Both the position numbers and the translations under genes were made by a program. A stretch of 63,963 nt of DNA, filler included, from a bacterium (GTDB lineage: Bacteria; JALSQH01), in the NCBI GenBank assembly GCA_026985515.1. It is 7 parts of 7 records of this genome, joined end to end, with 100 filler letters (N's around TTAATTAATTAA, not from the genome) between each part and the next. Parts side by side here need not be neighbours in the genome. Positions count along the whole stretch, not along the records: positions 22,270 to 33,094 come from JALSQH010000055.1; positions 33,195 to 39,707 come from JALSQH010000056.1; 5 more parts are not named here. One strand, given 5' to 3'. This document shows positions 29,476-38,964 of the stretch, in pieces. The notes beneath the pieces were generated by a model. It was not told the origin of the DNA and made no database searches. It saw only the letters and a program-made list of their open reading frames with translations. The first letter of the stretch is position 1. Each line of letters begins with the position of its first letter.

Positions 29476-30911
29476 AGCTGGATATAAATTACTTTGTTAT
29501 TCTTCCTCAGATTGTTCTGACTTTCTTTTTTCTGCTCCAGTTAGTAGTTGATGCATATTCCAGGAGTACTGGCAGAAAATCTTATGTTGGTTATCTAGCG
29601 CTGGTTGGTTATGCCCTTCTTGCAGCGATTCCTGTAGTTGTCTGGGGAGTTACAGATACGGGATTTAATGGAATGGTTTTGTTTGATAAGTTTGCACAAT
29701 TTATGGATTTCCTGTTCGGAATTGTAGGAATTCTGATAGTTCTCATTGCCCCAAGATATCTGGATGATGTGGGAAGAGACAGGGGCGAGTTTTATATTCT
29801 TTTAACTGCTTCACTGCTCGGAATGTCCATAATGGTTTCAACCACAAATCTCATACTCTTTCTGATTGCTCTGGAGATCATGTCTCTTGCCGTATATGTG
29901 ATGGCTGGTTTTGAAAAGGAGAAGGGCAGGTCAGTTGAGGCTGCTTTTAAGTACTTTATCATGGGTGGTGTTGCTTCTGCGGTATTCCTCTTTGGAGTAG
30001 CACTGGTTTATGCTGGTACAGGAAGTGTTGATGCATCTTTAATTGCGAAGAAAGTGGCAGGGTGTAAGGTGCTTCCTGTTGTTCTGGGGGGATTAACCCT
30101 TGTACTTGCCGGTTTCTTCTTCAAGATAGCGGCGGTACCTTTCCACATGTGGACTCCAGATTCCTATGAAGGTGCTCCCACTCCTGCAACTGCTTTTATG
30201 GCTGTGGGAGTTAAGGCGGCAGCCTTTGCAGGGTTGATGAGAATATTGATAGTTTCTGTAAAACCTTATCCTCTGGTAATAGAGGCAATCCTCTGGACAG
30301 TGGCGTTCCTTACCATGCTAATTGGAAACTTTATGGCTGTTATTCAGGATAATTTGAAAAGACTCCTTGCATATTCAAGTATTGCCCATGCTGGCTATAT
30401 GCTGTTAGGTCTTCTGGCATATAAAAATGGTGGTTTGAGTGCTGTTCTTTTCTATCTTCTGGTGTATGCCTTTGCAGATATTGGAGCTTTTGCTGTGTTA
30501 ATTGCCCTTGGAAAGGATGGAGAACCGGTTGAGTACATTGATCAGATAAAGGGGAAGGCTTCCATTCATCCTCTACTTGGAGCTGCGATGATAATCTTTC
30601 TCTTCTCTCTTGCCGGTGTTCCTCCAACGGCAGGATTTTTTGGTAAATTATTCCTCTTTAAATCTGCAATCTCTGCCGGTTATATCTGGTTGGCAGTCCT
30701 TGGTATTTTGACCAGTGTTGTGTCACTCTACTACTACCTGCGTGTCCTGGTGTATATGTATATGTATGAACCTTCCGATGTTGTACCAGCCAGACAATCA
30801 GTGTCAGTGGGGATTGGTCTTGCAGTAATGAGTTTCTTTGTACTTTATCTTGGCACAGTTCCTGCAAAATTCATTGACATTGCCATTGATGCTCTGAAAA
30901 AACTTGTGTAA
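29472..30911 (+). CDS. nuoN: NADH-quinone oxidoreductase subunit N
   Basis: EAAFKYF, FKIAAVPFHMWTPDSYEGAP, KRLLAYSSIAHAGY, SLAGVPPTAGF. Confidence 0.96.
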   Translation: MKLDINYFVILPQIVLTFFFLLQLVVDAYSRSTGRKSYVGYLALVGYALLAAIPVVVWGVTDTGFNGMVLFDKFAQFMDFLFGIVGILIVLIAPRYLDDVGRDRGEFYILLTASLLGMSIMVSTTNLILFLIALEIMSLAVYVMAGFEKEKGRSVEAAFKYFIMGGVASAVFLFGVALVYAGTGSVDASLIAKKVAGCKVLPVVLGGLTLVLAGFFFKIAAVPFHMWTPDSYEGAPTPATAFMAVGVKAAAFAGLMRILIVSVKPYPLVIEAILWTVAFLTMLIGNFMAVIQDNLKRLLAYSSIAHAGYMLLGLLAYKNGGLSAVLFYLLVYAFADIGAFAVLIALGKDGEPVEYIDQIKGKASIHPLLGAAMIIFLFSLAGVPPTAGFFGKLFLFKSAISAGYIWLAVLGILTSVVSLYYYLRVLVYMYMYEPSDVVPARQSVSVGIGLAVMSFFVLYLGTVPAKFIDIAIDALKKLV

Positions 30912-31747
30912 TGTTTGTATGTGGTTTTACCATTATCAGAAACGGGGTGGAGTTTTCCTACCCCTTTATTGAATCCATAAAATCTCTCCTTCCTCTGGTT
31001 GATAAGCTCATTATTAATCTGGGTATTTCAACCGATGGTACGGGGGATAAAATAAGATCCCTCAGGGATCCCCGAATAGAAATTCTGGAGAGGGAGTGGG
31101 ATCTATCAATGAGAGAGGGTGGGAAACTCCTTTCTTATGAGACGAATAAAGCCCTTGAAAAATGCGAAGGTGACTGGGGTTTTTATCTTCAGGCGGATGA
31201 AGTCATACATGAGAATGATTATGACAGAATTTATGATGCAATGAAAAAATATCTCCAGGTGAGGAAAATAAAGGGACTTACGTTTCGCTATTACCATTTT
31301 GAGGGAACTTACGACTTTTACAATCCATTACGTTACAGAAAGGAAATCAGAATAATCAGACCAGAGAAGGGCATCGTTTCCTGGGGAGATGCAGCTACAT
31401 TTCGGTACAGTGATGGGAGAAGACTAAAAACGAAACCTACCGGTGCTTTTATATACCATTACGGCTGGGTAAGATCACCTGAGGAAATGCTCAGAAGAAA
31501 GAGAGAATTTGAAAAACTTTATCATGATGACAGATATATTGAAGAAAAATATGGGAATCTTCAAGAGTTTCCATACTTTGAACTTGATCTTGTAAAAAGA
31601 TTCAGAGGGACCCATCCTGCAGTAATGAGAGAACGAATAGCCTCCATGAGCTGGGATATTGAAATCCCTCCCCATAAACCCCTTTTATTGAATCCAAAGT
31701 TCTACAGAATAATATTGAGGAAGTGGGGAATCATCAGGAAGAGGTAG
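30911..31747 (+). CDS. Glycosyltransferase family 2 protein
   Basis: GFTIIRNG...YPFIESIKS, STDGT, YLQADE, YHYGWVR. Confidence 0.85.
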   Translation: MFVCGFTIIRNGVEFSYPFIESIKSLLPLVDKLIINLGISTDGTGDKIRSLRDPRIEILEREWDLSMREGGKLLSYETNKALEKCEGDWGFYLQADEVIHENDYDRIYDAMKKYLQVRKIKGLTFRYYHFEGTYDFYNPLRYRKEIRIIRPEKGIVSWGDAATFRYSDGRRLKTKPTGAFIYHYGWVRSPEEMLRRKREFEKLYHDDRYIEEKYGNLQEFPYFELDLVKRFRGTHPAVMRERIASMSWDIEIPPHKPLLLNPKFYRIILRKWGIIRKR

Positions 31748-32123
31748 CTTCGTTTTCTGTCTGAATGTCCAGATCCACTTTTTCTGACATGGTGCATTTG
31801 CCATTAAAGGTGAAACCATCTTCAATGGTGAGCCTGGGGGTGTATATTTCTCCCTCCATGCTGCCCGGGGAAAGAAAATCGATTCTTTCCCTTGCAAATA
31901 CTTTACCCGTTATTTTCCCGCTGTTTCTCAGAGAACCGACTTTGATAGTACCTTCTACTTCACCTGTATCCCCGATAACCAGATTGTCCTCACTTATGAT
32001 TTCTCCTTTAAATTTACCATCAATTCTCACAGTTCCCCTGAAAACCAGTTTTCCTTCAAATTCACTTCCCTGATCAAGAAAGGCATTCAGTTCCTCACCT
32101 GAGAAGGTTTCTTTTTTTCCCAT
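31734..32123 (-). CDS. Bactofilin (polymer-forming cytoskeletal protein)
   Basis: FLDQGSEFEGKL.F.GTVRIDG.FKGEI...L.IEDG..FNGKC.M; GAGGAG RBS. Confidence 0.92.
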   Translation of the reverse strand: MGKKETFSGEELNAFLDQGSEFEGKLVFRGTVRIDGKFKGEIISEDNLVIGDTGEVEGTIKVGSLRNSGKITGKVFARERIDFLSPGSMEGEIYTPRLTIEDGFTFNGKCTMSEKVDLDIQTENEATSS

Positions 32124-32124
32124 T

Positions 32125-32991
32125 TCACTCCTCACTGTTAAATTTGTTCAGAAATTCAGCTATGAGATCAAGTTCCTCTGGGGAGTAGTAGTGGATTATT
32201 ATTTTCCCTTTACTGGTGGTACCTTTTATTTCCACTTTGCTTTTAATCCTTGAGGTTAATTTCTCCGCAAGGGCTCTCAGATCAGGGTCAATCTTTTTTT
32301 CTCGAGTTTTTTTGGTAACTTTCTCTCTCTTCCTGATTTCTCTGACGAGTTCTTCAGTCTGTCTGACTGAGAGGTTTTTATCTACAATTTCCTCTGCAAC
32401 TTTTATCATGACCGATGGTTCAAGTGAGAGAAGTGCTCTTGCGTGACCCTCAGTTAATTCTCCACTTTCCACCATCTTTTTTATCTCTTCAGGTAGTTTA
32501 AGTAATCGTAACAGGTTGGTTATTTTGGTTCTGCTCACCGCAAGTTTCTGAGCAAGTTGTTCATGGGTGTAACCAAATTCTTCAATAAGGAGTTTAAATC
32601 CCAACGCCTCTTCAATCGGGTTTAAATCTTCACGATGAATATTTTCAATGAGGGCATATTCAAGTATGCTTTTTTCATCAACATCTTCTCTCACTATTGC
32701 TGGTATCTCCCTTTTCCCGGCATCGATGCTTGCCTTGAATCGCCTCTCGCCCGCAATTATCATATATTTGTTGTTCTCCAGCCTGGAGACTATTATCGGT
32801 TCTATCACCCCTTTTTCTCTGATAGAATTGACGAGCTCCTGATATGACTCATCCTTAGAAATTTTTCTTCTTGGTTGATACTTGTTGGGGATTACTGCGT
32901 CAACCGGGAGCATCTGAAAGTTTATTTTCTTCTTTGAAGGGATAAGCGAATCGAGACCTCTTCCAAGTGCTCTCTTTTTTCTGTTTTCCAT
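32125..32991 (-). CDS. parB: ParB/Spo0J chromosome partition protein
   Basis: ALGRGLDSLI, PNKYQPR, IIAGERRF, LIENIHREDLNPIEEA, GHARALL. Confidence 0.96.
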   Translation of the reverse strand: MENRKKRALGRGLDSLIPSKKKINFQMLPVDAVIPNKYQPRRKISKDESYQELVNSIREKGVIEPIIVSRLENNKYMIIAGERRFKASIDAGKREIPAIVREDVDEKSILEYALIENIHREDLNPIEEALGFKLLIEEFGYTHEQLAQKLAVSRTKITNLLRLLKLPEEIKKMVESGELTEGHARALLSLEPSVMIKVAEEIVDKNLSVRQTEELVREIRKREKVTKKTREKKIDPDLRALAEKLTSRIKSKVEIKGTTSKGKIIIHYYSPEELDLIAEFLNKFNSEE

Positions 32992-32994
32992 TTC

Positions 32995-33891
32995 TTAACC
33001 TTTTACCGCCTGATTTTGATTCTTTGCAATTATTTCCTCTGCAAGGCTGGCGTATCCCCGGGCACCTCTTGATTTTCTGTCATATTCGAAAATCNNNNNN
33101 NNNNNNNNNNNNNNNNNNNNNNNNNNNNNNNNNNNNNNTTAATTAATTAANNNNNNNNNNNNNNNNNNNNNNNNNNNNNNNNNNNNNNNNNNNNAAATCG
33201 TTTTTCCGAAACTTGGTGCTTCAGTTAGTCTTACATTTCTGGGTATAACTGTTTCGAAAACCTGCCAGCCAAAGTGTCTTGTAACTTCTTCTGCTACCTG
33301 GTGACAGATGGTGTTTCTTGTATCAAACATTGTGATCAGGATTCCCTCTATGTGGAGAGTGGGATTAAGGTGTTCAACTACTCTATTTATGGTGGAAAGC
33401 AGGTATGAGAGCCCTTCCATTGCGTAGTACTCTGCCTGAAGAGGGATCAGAACTGAGCTGGCGGCTGTGAGTGCATTTATTGTGAGGAGGTTCAGGGAGG
33501 GTGGTGTATCAATCAGTATGAAGTCATAATTTTCAACAAGGGGTGTCAGAGCTTTTTTGAGTTTGAATTCTCTGGCCATTTCATTTATCAGTTCTACCTC
33601 TGCTCCTGCAAGTTCAGGGTGTGATGGGAGTATGTCGAATCTGACAGGGTCTCTTTCAATGTGGATTATTGCATCTTCAATTTTTACCATTCCCAGCAGA
33701 ACCTGATAGATATTCCTTCCCTCAACCTCATATACATTGATTCCAACTCCGCTTGTTGCGTTTGCCTGGGGATCAATGTCTACGAGAAGTACTTTCTTCC
33801 CGTAGTAGGAAAAGTAGGCTGCAAGGTTAATTGCCGTGGTGGTTTTACCCACCCCACCTTTTTGATTAGCAATGGCTATAATTTTACCCAT
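32995..33891 (-). CDS. parA: ParA/Soj ATPase, interrupted only by the assembly linker
   Basis: ANQKGGVGKTTT, DIDPQAN, DTPPSL; ...APSFGKTI on one side of the gap continues as IFEYDRKSRGARGYASLAEEII on the other. Confidence 0.95.
33095..33194. other. Assembly gap linker inside parA
   Basis: N-TTAATTAATTAA-N; the flanks share AAATC. Confidence 0.99.
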
Positions 33892-34510
33892 TTTTTTCAA
33901 GGATAAGCAACTGTCTTTTTTTTCTCTTGCCTGGCAGATTATAAAAAAAAGTCTCAATAATCCTGAATCTCTCGTCCCCGGGTAAGGGGATATCTCCACC
34001 TGCCAGCGTGTATATTTTACCATTTTTTTCCAGAAGTGGAAAGGAGAGGTCAAGAAGTTCATTTAATGGTGCAAATGCCCTTGAAGTTATGCAATCAGCT
34101 TTGTATTCCTCTCCGGAAAGTTCTTCCACTCTTTGATTCAGAATTTTTACATGGGAAAGTCCCAGTTCAATTGTAACTATCCTCAGGAAAGCTGCCTTTT
34201 TGCTCCTTGCTTCAACCAGTGTAAATTGCTTCTCGGGAAAAATAATTGCCAGTGGTATGGCTGGAAGACCACCACCTGATCCCAGATCGGTAACGTTTTT
34301 ACACTGAAGAAAAGGAGCTATTACAAATGAATCAAGTATGTGTAATTCCAGGTTTTCAATTTCTCTTCTTGAAACAAGGTTGAGCCTTTTATTCCATTTC
34401 TGGAGTAGATTGAGGTAGGTGTTTATGTGGTTAACTTTTCTCTGGTCGATTTCTATTGGGGGAAGATTACAGGAACTTAAAAAATTCCTTATTTCGTTAA
34501 TGCCTATCAT
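33884..34510 (-). CDS. rsmG: 16S rRNA m7G527 methyltransferase
   Basis: KWNKRLNLVS, HILDS, DLGSGGGLPAIPLAI, TSRAFA. Confidence 0.94.
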   Translation of the reverse strand: MIGINEIRNFLSSCNLPPIEIDQRKVNHINTYLNLLQKWNKRLNLVSRREIENLELHILDSFVIAPFLQCKNVTDLGSGGGLPAIPLAIIFPEKQFTLVEARSKKAAFLRIVTIELGLSHVKILNQRVEELSGEEYKADCITSRAFAPLNELLDLSFPLLEKNGKIYTLAGGDIPLPGDERFRIIETFFYNLPGKRKKRQLLILEKNG

Positions 34511-35513
34511 CAATGAAAAAAGAGGCCTGCTGAAGTTCCTTTATGTTTTTGGCACCCACCCCAAACATGGCTATTTTTAATTCCAGTTTAATTCTTTCAA
34601 TCAGTTCAACAAGAGCTTTTTCTCCATGGTTGATAAGTGTATACAGGGCTATTCTTCCTATGGAAAATAACCTTGCTCCTAGGGCAATGGCCTTTGCTCC
34701 CTGAAGGCCGTTGGAGATTCCTCCGGTGGCGATTATGACTGTTCTCTGGGAAATTTCCTTAAGTTCCATGAGACTCTGCAGAAGTGTAAGCCCCCAGTTT
34801 TTGAATGTCTCGGAAATGTAGTAGTAGCTTCCTCCTCTTCTCTCTCCTTCAAGCTCAATCCAGTTTGTGCCATCTTTTCCCGCCACATCAATCCCTGCAA
34901 CACCTGTCTGAAGGAGCCTCTTTGCTGTGACAGAGTCCATTCCGCAGCCTATACTTCTGATTATAACAGGGTAGGGTATGGATACCAGTTCTCTTATCCT
35001 TTCAAGAACACCTGAAAAGTCAGTCCTTCCATCTTCTTGGAAAACCTCCTGCATTGGGTTCAGATGAACCATTATACCATCTGCCTGAATATTGGAGATA
35101 AGAGTTTCAATTTCGTCATTGGAGTAATTTTTGAGATCCACTGCTCCTATGTTTCCAAATAGAAGAATTCCGGGAGCAACTTTCCGTACCTGATATGTGT
35201 ACATGAGATTTAGATTTTCCAGCATTGCCTTCTGGGATCCCACTGACATTCCAATTCCCGTGGCGTGTGCAGCTCTTCCCAGGGCAAGGTTGATCTTCTC
35301 TGCTTCAGGAGTTCCGCCGGTAAGAGGTGCTATGAGAATTGGTGCAGAGAGGGTGTGGTCAAATATCTTCACTGATGTATCAATTTCGTCAAAGTCTATT
35401 TCTGGTAAGAGGCGAGGCGTCAGTGTGACTTTATCAAGAGAATGACCCGCAGGAAAGGGATGGGATAGTGCAATTTGAAGTTGTTCAAGTTTTCTGTCAG
35501 AAGTTTTTTCCAT
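34497..35513 (-). CDS. fni: Type 2 (FMN-dependent) isopentenyl-diphosphate isomerase, divergent
   Basis: LPEIDFDEIDTS, LTGG, VGSQ, GNIG, HLNPMQE, GTNW, TGGI. Confidence 0.85.
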   Translation of the reverse strand: MEKTSDRKLEQLQIALSHPFPAGHSLDKVTLTPRLLPEIDFDEIDTSVKIFDHTLSAPILIAPLTGGTPEAEKINLALGRAAHATGIGMSVGSQKAMLENLNLMYTYQVRKVAPGILLFGNIGAVDLKNYSNDEIETLISNIQADGIMVHLNPMQEVFQEDGRTDFSGVLERIRELVSIPYPVIIRSIGCGMDSVTAKRLLQTGVAGIDVAGKDGTNWIELEGERRGGSYYYISETFKNWGLTLLQSLMELKEISQRTVIIATGGISNGLQGAKAIALGARLFSIGRIALYTLINHGEKALVELIERIKLELKIAMFGVGAKNIKELQQASFFIDDRH

Positions 35514-35514
35514 T

Positions 35515-35925
35515 TCAAATATTATCTTTTAATGATGGGTATTTCTGCAGAATTTTAATGATTTCCTCCTTAGGGAAGGAGACAATCGTTGATTCTTCTA
35601 TGGCTTTCACTGTGGTGCTGTATTTACCCTTGTCCACTGTGTCTTTTATTCCAAAGAATACCCCTGGTTTTATTACCCTCAGAATTTTCCTCTCATTGCC
35701 ATTTTCCTGATATTCAAGTAAACGACCAGTGTAAAGGAGAAAGAAGAAAGGTGCATCGTCACCCTGGAAATAGAGAATTTCTCCTTTAAGTTTACTCACA
35801 ACTGTGGCTTTTTCCAGAAGATCCATCCTTTCTGAAAGGCTTATGCTCTGAAATAGTGGGGTATTCCTGGCAAGATCAAGTAATTTCTCAATATCTTCAA
35901 AGGATAATTGGTCAATTGTAGCCAT
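35515..35925 (-). CDS. Stand-alone cyclic nucleotide-binding domain protein
   Basis: PLFQSIS, GEILYFQGD..FFLLYTG, PGVFFG, TTVKAIEES; no HTH. Confidence 0.82.
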   Translation of the reverse strand: MATIDQLSFEDIEKLLDLARNTPLFQSISLSERMDLLEKATVVSKLKGEILYFQGDDAPFFFLLYTGRLLEYQENGNERKILRVIKPGVFFGIKDTVDKGKYSTTVKAIEESTIVSFPKEEIIKILQKYPSLKDNI

Positions 35926-35935
35926 TCCGTCTCCC

Positions 35936-37381
35936 TCAGACTAAAAAGTAGATATAGAGTGTTATAACGATTGCGGCAAAAATGTCAAGCCATACACCTG
36001 CCTTTGCCATATCTTTTATTTCAATTACACCGCTACCCATAACAATGGCGTTGGGTGGGGTTGCCACCGGCAGCATGAACGCACTTGAGGCTCCAAGTGT
36101 TGCGGGAACGAGTAGAAAAAGAGGATTGAGGTGTCCCAGTTGGGCAATGCCAGCAAGAATGGGGAGCATTATTGTGGTTGTTGCGGTGTTGGAGGTGAAT
36201 TCTGTGACAATTTCAAGTGTGATCACCACAATCAATATGAGCAAAATGGGATGAAGATGAGTGATAAAGGAGAGCTGCTGTCCAACCCAGACTGTTAATT
36301 TGCTCTCTTCAAACCCCTTTGCCAGTGCAAAACCGCCTCCAAAGAGGAAGAGAACTTCCCATGGAATATTTTTCATATCCTTCCAGTCCAGTATCATTCC
36401 TTCTCCATGTTTTGAAGGGATGAGAAAGAGCAAAATGGCAAAGAGCATTGCAACTGTGGAATCTTTTATAAATTTTTTGTATGGAAATAGATCTGCCCAC
36501 CCCTTCAGAGTTATGTTTCCAATGTGTATGTCTGATCTTGTTATCCATCCTATTGCAACCAGAATGAAAACAGTGAGAACAATTTTCTCTTCATAGCTCA
36601 TTTTTCCCAGACTTTCTTTTTCGGATTTTATAATTTCTTTTATCCTTTCTTTTGGAAGATTTTTAAATGGAAATCCAAAGTATACCATGTAGATCCATGC
36701 AAAAATGAGCATGAAAATACTGATGGGGAATCCTATTGCGAACCACTGGGAGAAGGTTATCTGCTGATGGAAGAGTTTCTGATACATTCCTGCAAGCACA
36801 AGATTTGGGGGTGTTCCAACAAGTGTGGCAATTCCTCCTATGGTGGCTGCATAGGCAATGGAGAGCATAAGCGTTTTTGAAAAGTTGAGTAAATCTGAAC
36901 TCTTTTCCAGTTTCTCTCCGAAACTGGCAAGAATTGCAAGACCTATGGGCATCATCATCAGAGTGGTCGCTGTGTTTGACATCCACATGGAAAGAAAGGC
37001 GGTGGCAACCATAAACCCTAAAATTATTGTACGGGGATTGCTCCCCAAAAAGTTGACTATTGAAACGGCTATTCTTTTATGGAGATTCCACTTCTGAATC
37101 GCCTCAGCTATGATGAGTCCACCTAAAAAGAGAAAAATATGTCTGTCAGCATAGGGTGGGCTGACTTTTTTTGCACTCATTACTCCGAAGAGTGGAAAAA
37201 TGAACAGGGGAACAAGGGCAGTGGCACCCATTGGTATGGCGTCAGTTAACCACCAGACTGCCATAAGAAGGGTTGTTGCAAGAACCACTTTTCCTGGATG
37301 AGAGAGTGTGTGACAGCATGGAATTACAAGTATAATTACAAAGAGAAGCAGGCCGGCAAGGATCCATGTTAATTTTTTCAT
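35936..37381 (-). CDS. SLC13/DASS family sodium:dicarboxylate/sulfate symporter
   Basis: LSMWMSNTATT, GTPPN, EFTSNTAT, FMLPVATPPNAI. Confidence 0.93.
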   Translation of the reverse strand: MKKLTWILAGLLLFVIILVIPCCHTLSHPGKVVLATTLLMAVWWLTDAIPMGATALVPLFIFPLFGVMSAKKVSPPYADRHIFLFLGGLIIAEAIQKWNLHKRIAVSIVNFLGSNPRTIILGFMVATAFLSMWMSNTATTLMMMPIGLAILASFGEKLEKSSDLLNFSKTLMLSIAYAATIGGIATLVGTPPNLVLAGMYQKLFHQQITFSQWFAIGFPISIFMLIFAWIYMVYFGFPFKNLPKERIKEIIKSEKESLGKMSYEEKIVLTVFILVAIGWITRSDIHIGNITLKGWADLFPYKKFIKDSTVAMLFAILLFLIPSKHGEGMILDWKDMKNIPWEVLFLFGGGFALAKGFEESKLTVWVGQQLSFITHLHPILLILIVVITLEIVTEFTSNTATTTIMLPILAGIAQLGHLNPLFLLVPATLGASSAFMLPVATPPNAIVMGSGVIEIKDMAKAGVWLDIFAAIVITLYIYFLV

Positions 37382-37427
37382 TTCAAAACCTTCTTTTGAG
37401 GTTCCACACTTAATTTACCATAAATCT

Positions 37428-37658
37428 TTAAAAAATGGTAACAATTTCTGTTAAATTGTCGCCTCCCAGTTCTTCCCTGAGAGCCTCAATAACTTCGTAA
37501 AATTCATCTTCGAGTTCAGAAGGAAGTGATACTTCCACAATCCCGGCTTTACCGTCAACTGTGTGAATTAAACAGAGACCTTCGTATCCTTCAGTTATGA
37601 ATCTGAAATAGACGATGTTTCGTGGTTCAATATAGAACTTTTTCTTCAGTAGAGGCAT
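37428..37658 (-). CDS. DUF4911-like small protein
   Basis: IVYFRFITEGYEGLCLIHTVD. Confidence 0.75.
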   Translation of the reverse strand: MPLLKKKFYIEPRNIVYFRFITEGYEGLCLIHTVDGKAGIVEVSLPSELEDEFYEVIEALREELGGDNLTEIVTIF

Positions 37659-38877
37659 TTTTAATCCTGTTTCTTATTCTGAAAATCGTTCTTTCTGGAA
37701 GTTTCTCGTTTAGTTGCCAGAGAAAAGTTTTCCCGGGATAGGATTTTGGAACTTCCACCATTTCATCTGGATCGAGAATTTTCTCTACCTGGATTTCACC
37801 GCTGCGACCATCAGGGGAGAAGAAATGCACAGTTTCATTTTTATAGACAGTGAATCTGGGATCAATTTCGGCGTATCCTTCACTGCGCCACTTTTTGAGT
37901 ATCCCTGCAAATCTGTATTTGAATCTGGCATTTTTCTCCATCTCTATCAGGGTATCCTGCTGGTTTCCGGGGAAGAAACCCGAGGAGTATGGTCTGTTGC
38001 TAACATGACCTATTTCCTCAAGCCATTTTCCCTTTATTTCCCATTTTTCTGGATTTTCCAAGTAACTGTCAATTGCCTCACGATAAACTCTTGTGACTGT
38101 GGCAACATAGTTGATGTTTTTGGTTCTTCCCTCAATTTTCAGGGAATCTACCCCCAGTTGAAGGAGATCAGGAATATATTCTAAAAGAGCGATATCCTTT
38201 GTATTGAAGAAGTAGGTGCCTCTGCTATCCTGCTTTATTGAAAATAGAACTTCGCCTCTTTTCTTCTCCAGGAGGAAGTATTCCCACCTGCAGGGTTGTG
38301 TGCATTCACCTCTGTTTCCGTCCCTTCCGGTGAGGTAAAGGCTGAGGAAACACCTGCCTGAGTATGACATACATACGGCGCCATGAAGGAAAACTTCCAG
38401 TTCCATTGAGGTCTTATCTCTTATTTCTCTAATTTCATCTCTGGTTAGTTCTCTGGCAAGGTTAATTCTTTTGACTCCCAATTTTTCCCAGAATTTCACA
38501 GCCATGAAATTGGTTGTGTTGGCCTGAGTGCTGAGATGTATGGGGGTATCCGGAGCAACCTCCTTTGCCAGAAGCACAAGTCCAGGGTCTGCTATGATGA
38601 AGGCATCTGGGTAGCCGTTGAATTTTTCCATGAATCCTGCAATTGTTTCAATGTCTCTGTTCCTGGCGTATATGTTGATGGTTAAATAGAATTTTTTCCC
38701 CAGCTTATGGGTGTAATCGATTGCTTTGAAAAGTTCGTCATCAGTAAAGTTCTTACTGAACTGTCTCAGACTGAAATTCTTCCCGCTGCCGTAGACCGCA
38801 TCGGCACCATAAAGGAGTGCAAATTTCAATTTCTCAAAATCTCCTGCTGGTGCCAGAAGTTCAGGCTTTTTCATCAT
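37627..38877 (-). CDS. Peptidase U32 family protein (TrhP-like tRNA hydroxylation)
   Basis: PELLAPAG, HLSTQAN, LARE, HGAVCMSYSGRC, NRGECTQPCRW, KIEGR. Confidence 0.9.
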   Translation of the reverse strand: MMKKPELLAPAGDFEKLKFALLYGADAVYGSGKNFSLRQFSKNFTDDELFKAIDYTHKLGKKFYLTINIYARNRDIETIAGFMEKFNGYPDAFIIADPGLVLLAKEVAPDTPIHLSTQANTTNFMAVKFWEKLGVKRINLARELTRDEIREIRDKTSMELEVFLHGAVCMSYSGRCFLSLYLTGRDGNRGECTQPCRWEYFLLEKKRGEVLFSIKQDSRGTYFFNTKDIALLEYIPDLLQLGVDSLKIEGRTKNINYVATVTRVYREAIDSYLENPEKWEIKGKWLEEIGHVSNRPYSSGFFPGNQQDTLIEMEKNARFKYRFAGILKKWRSEGYAEIDPRFTVYKNETVHFFSPDGRSGEIQVEKILDPDEMVEVPKSYPGKTFLWQLNEKLPERTIFRIRNRIKNASTEEKVLY

Positions 38878-38964
38878 TTTAATTATACCATTGATCAGGT
38901 GTTTAATCTAATTATTTTGCGGAGTTATTTTGGGGTTTCCTCGTTGGTAGTATAATGTAATCAG

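Noticed and set aside
33139-34062. parA as a truncated pseudogene with a long N-terminal extension
   Set aside because: The true start is ATG 33891 and the gene continues in frame across the linker.
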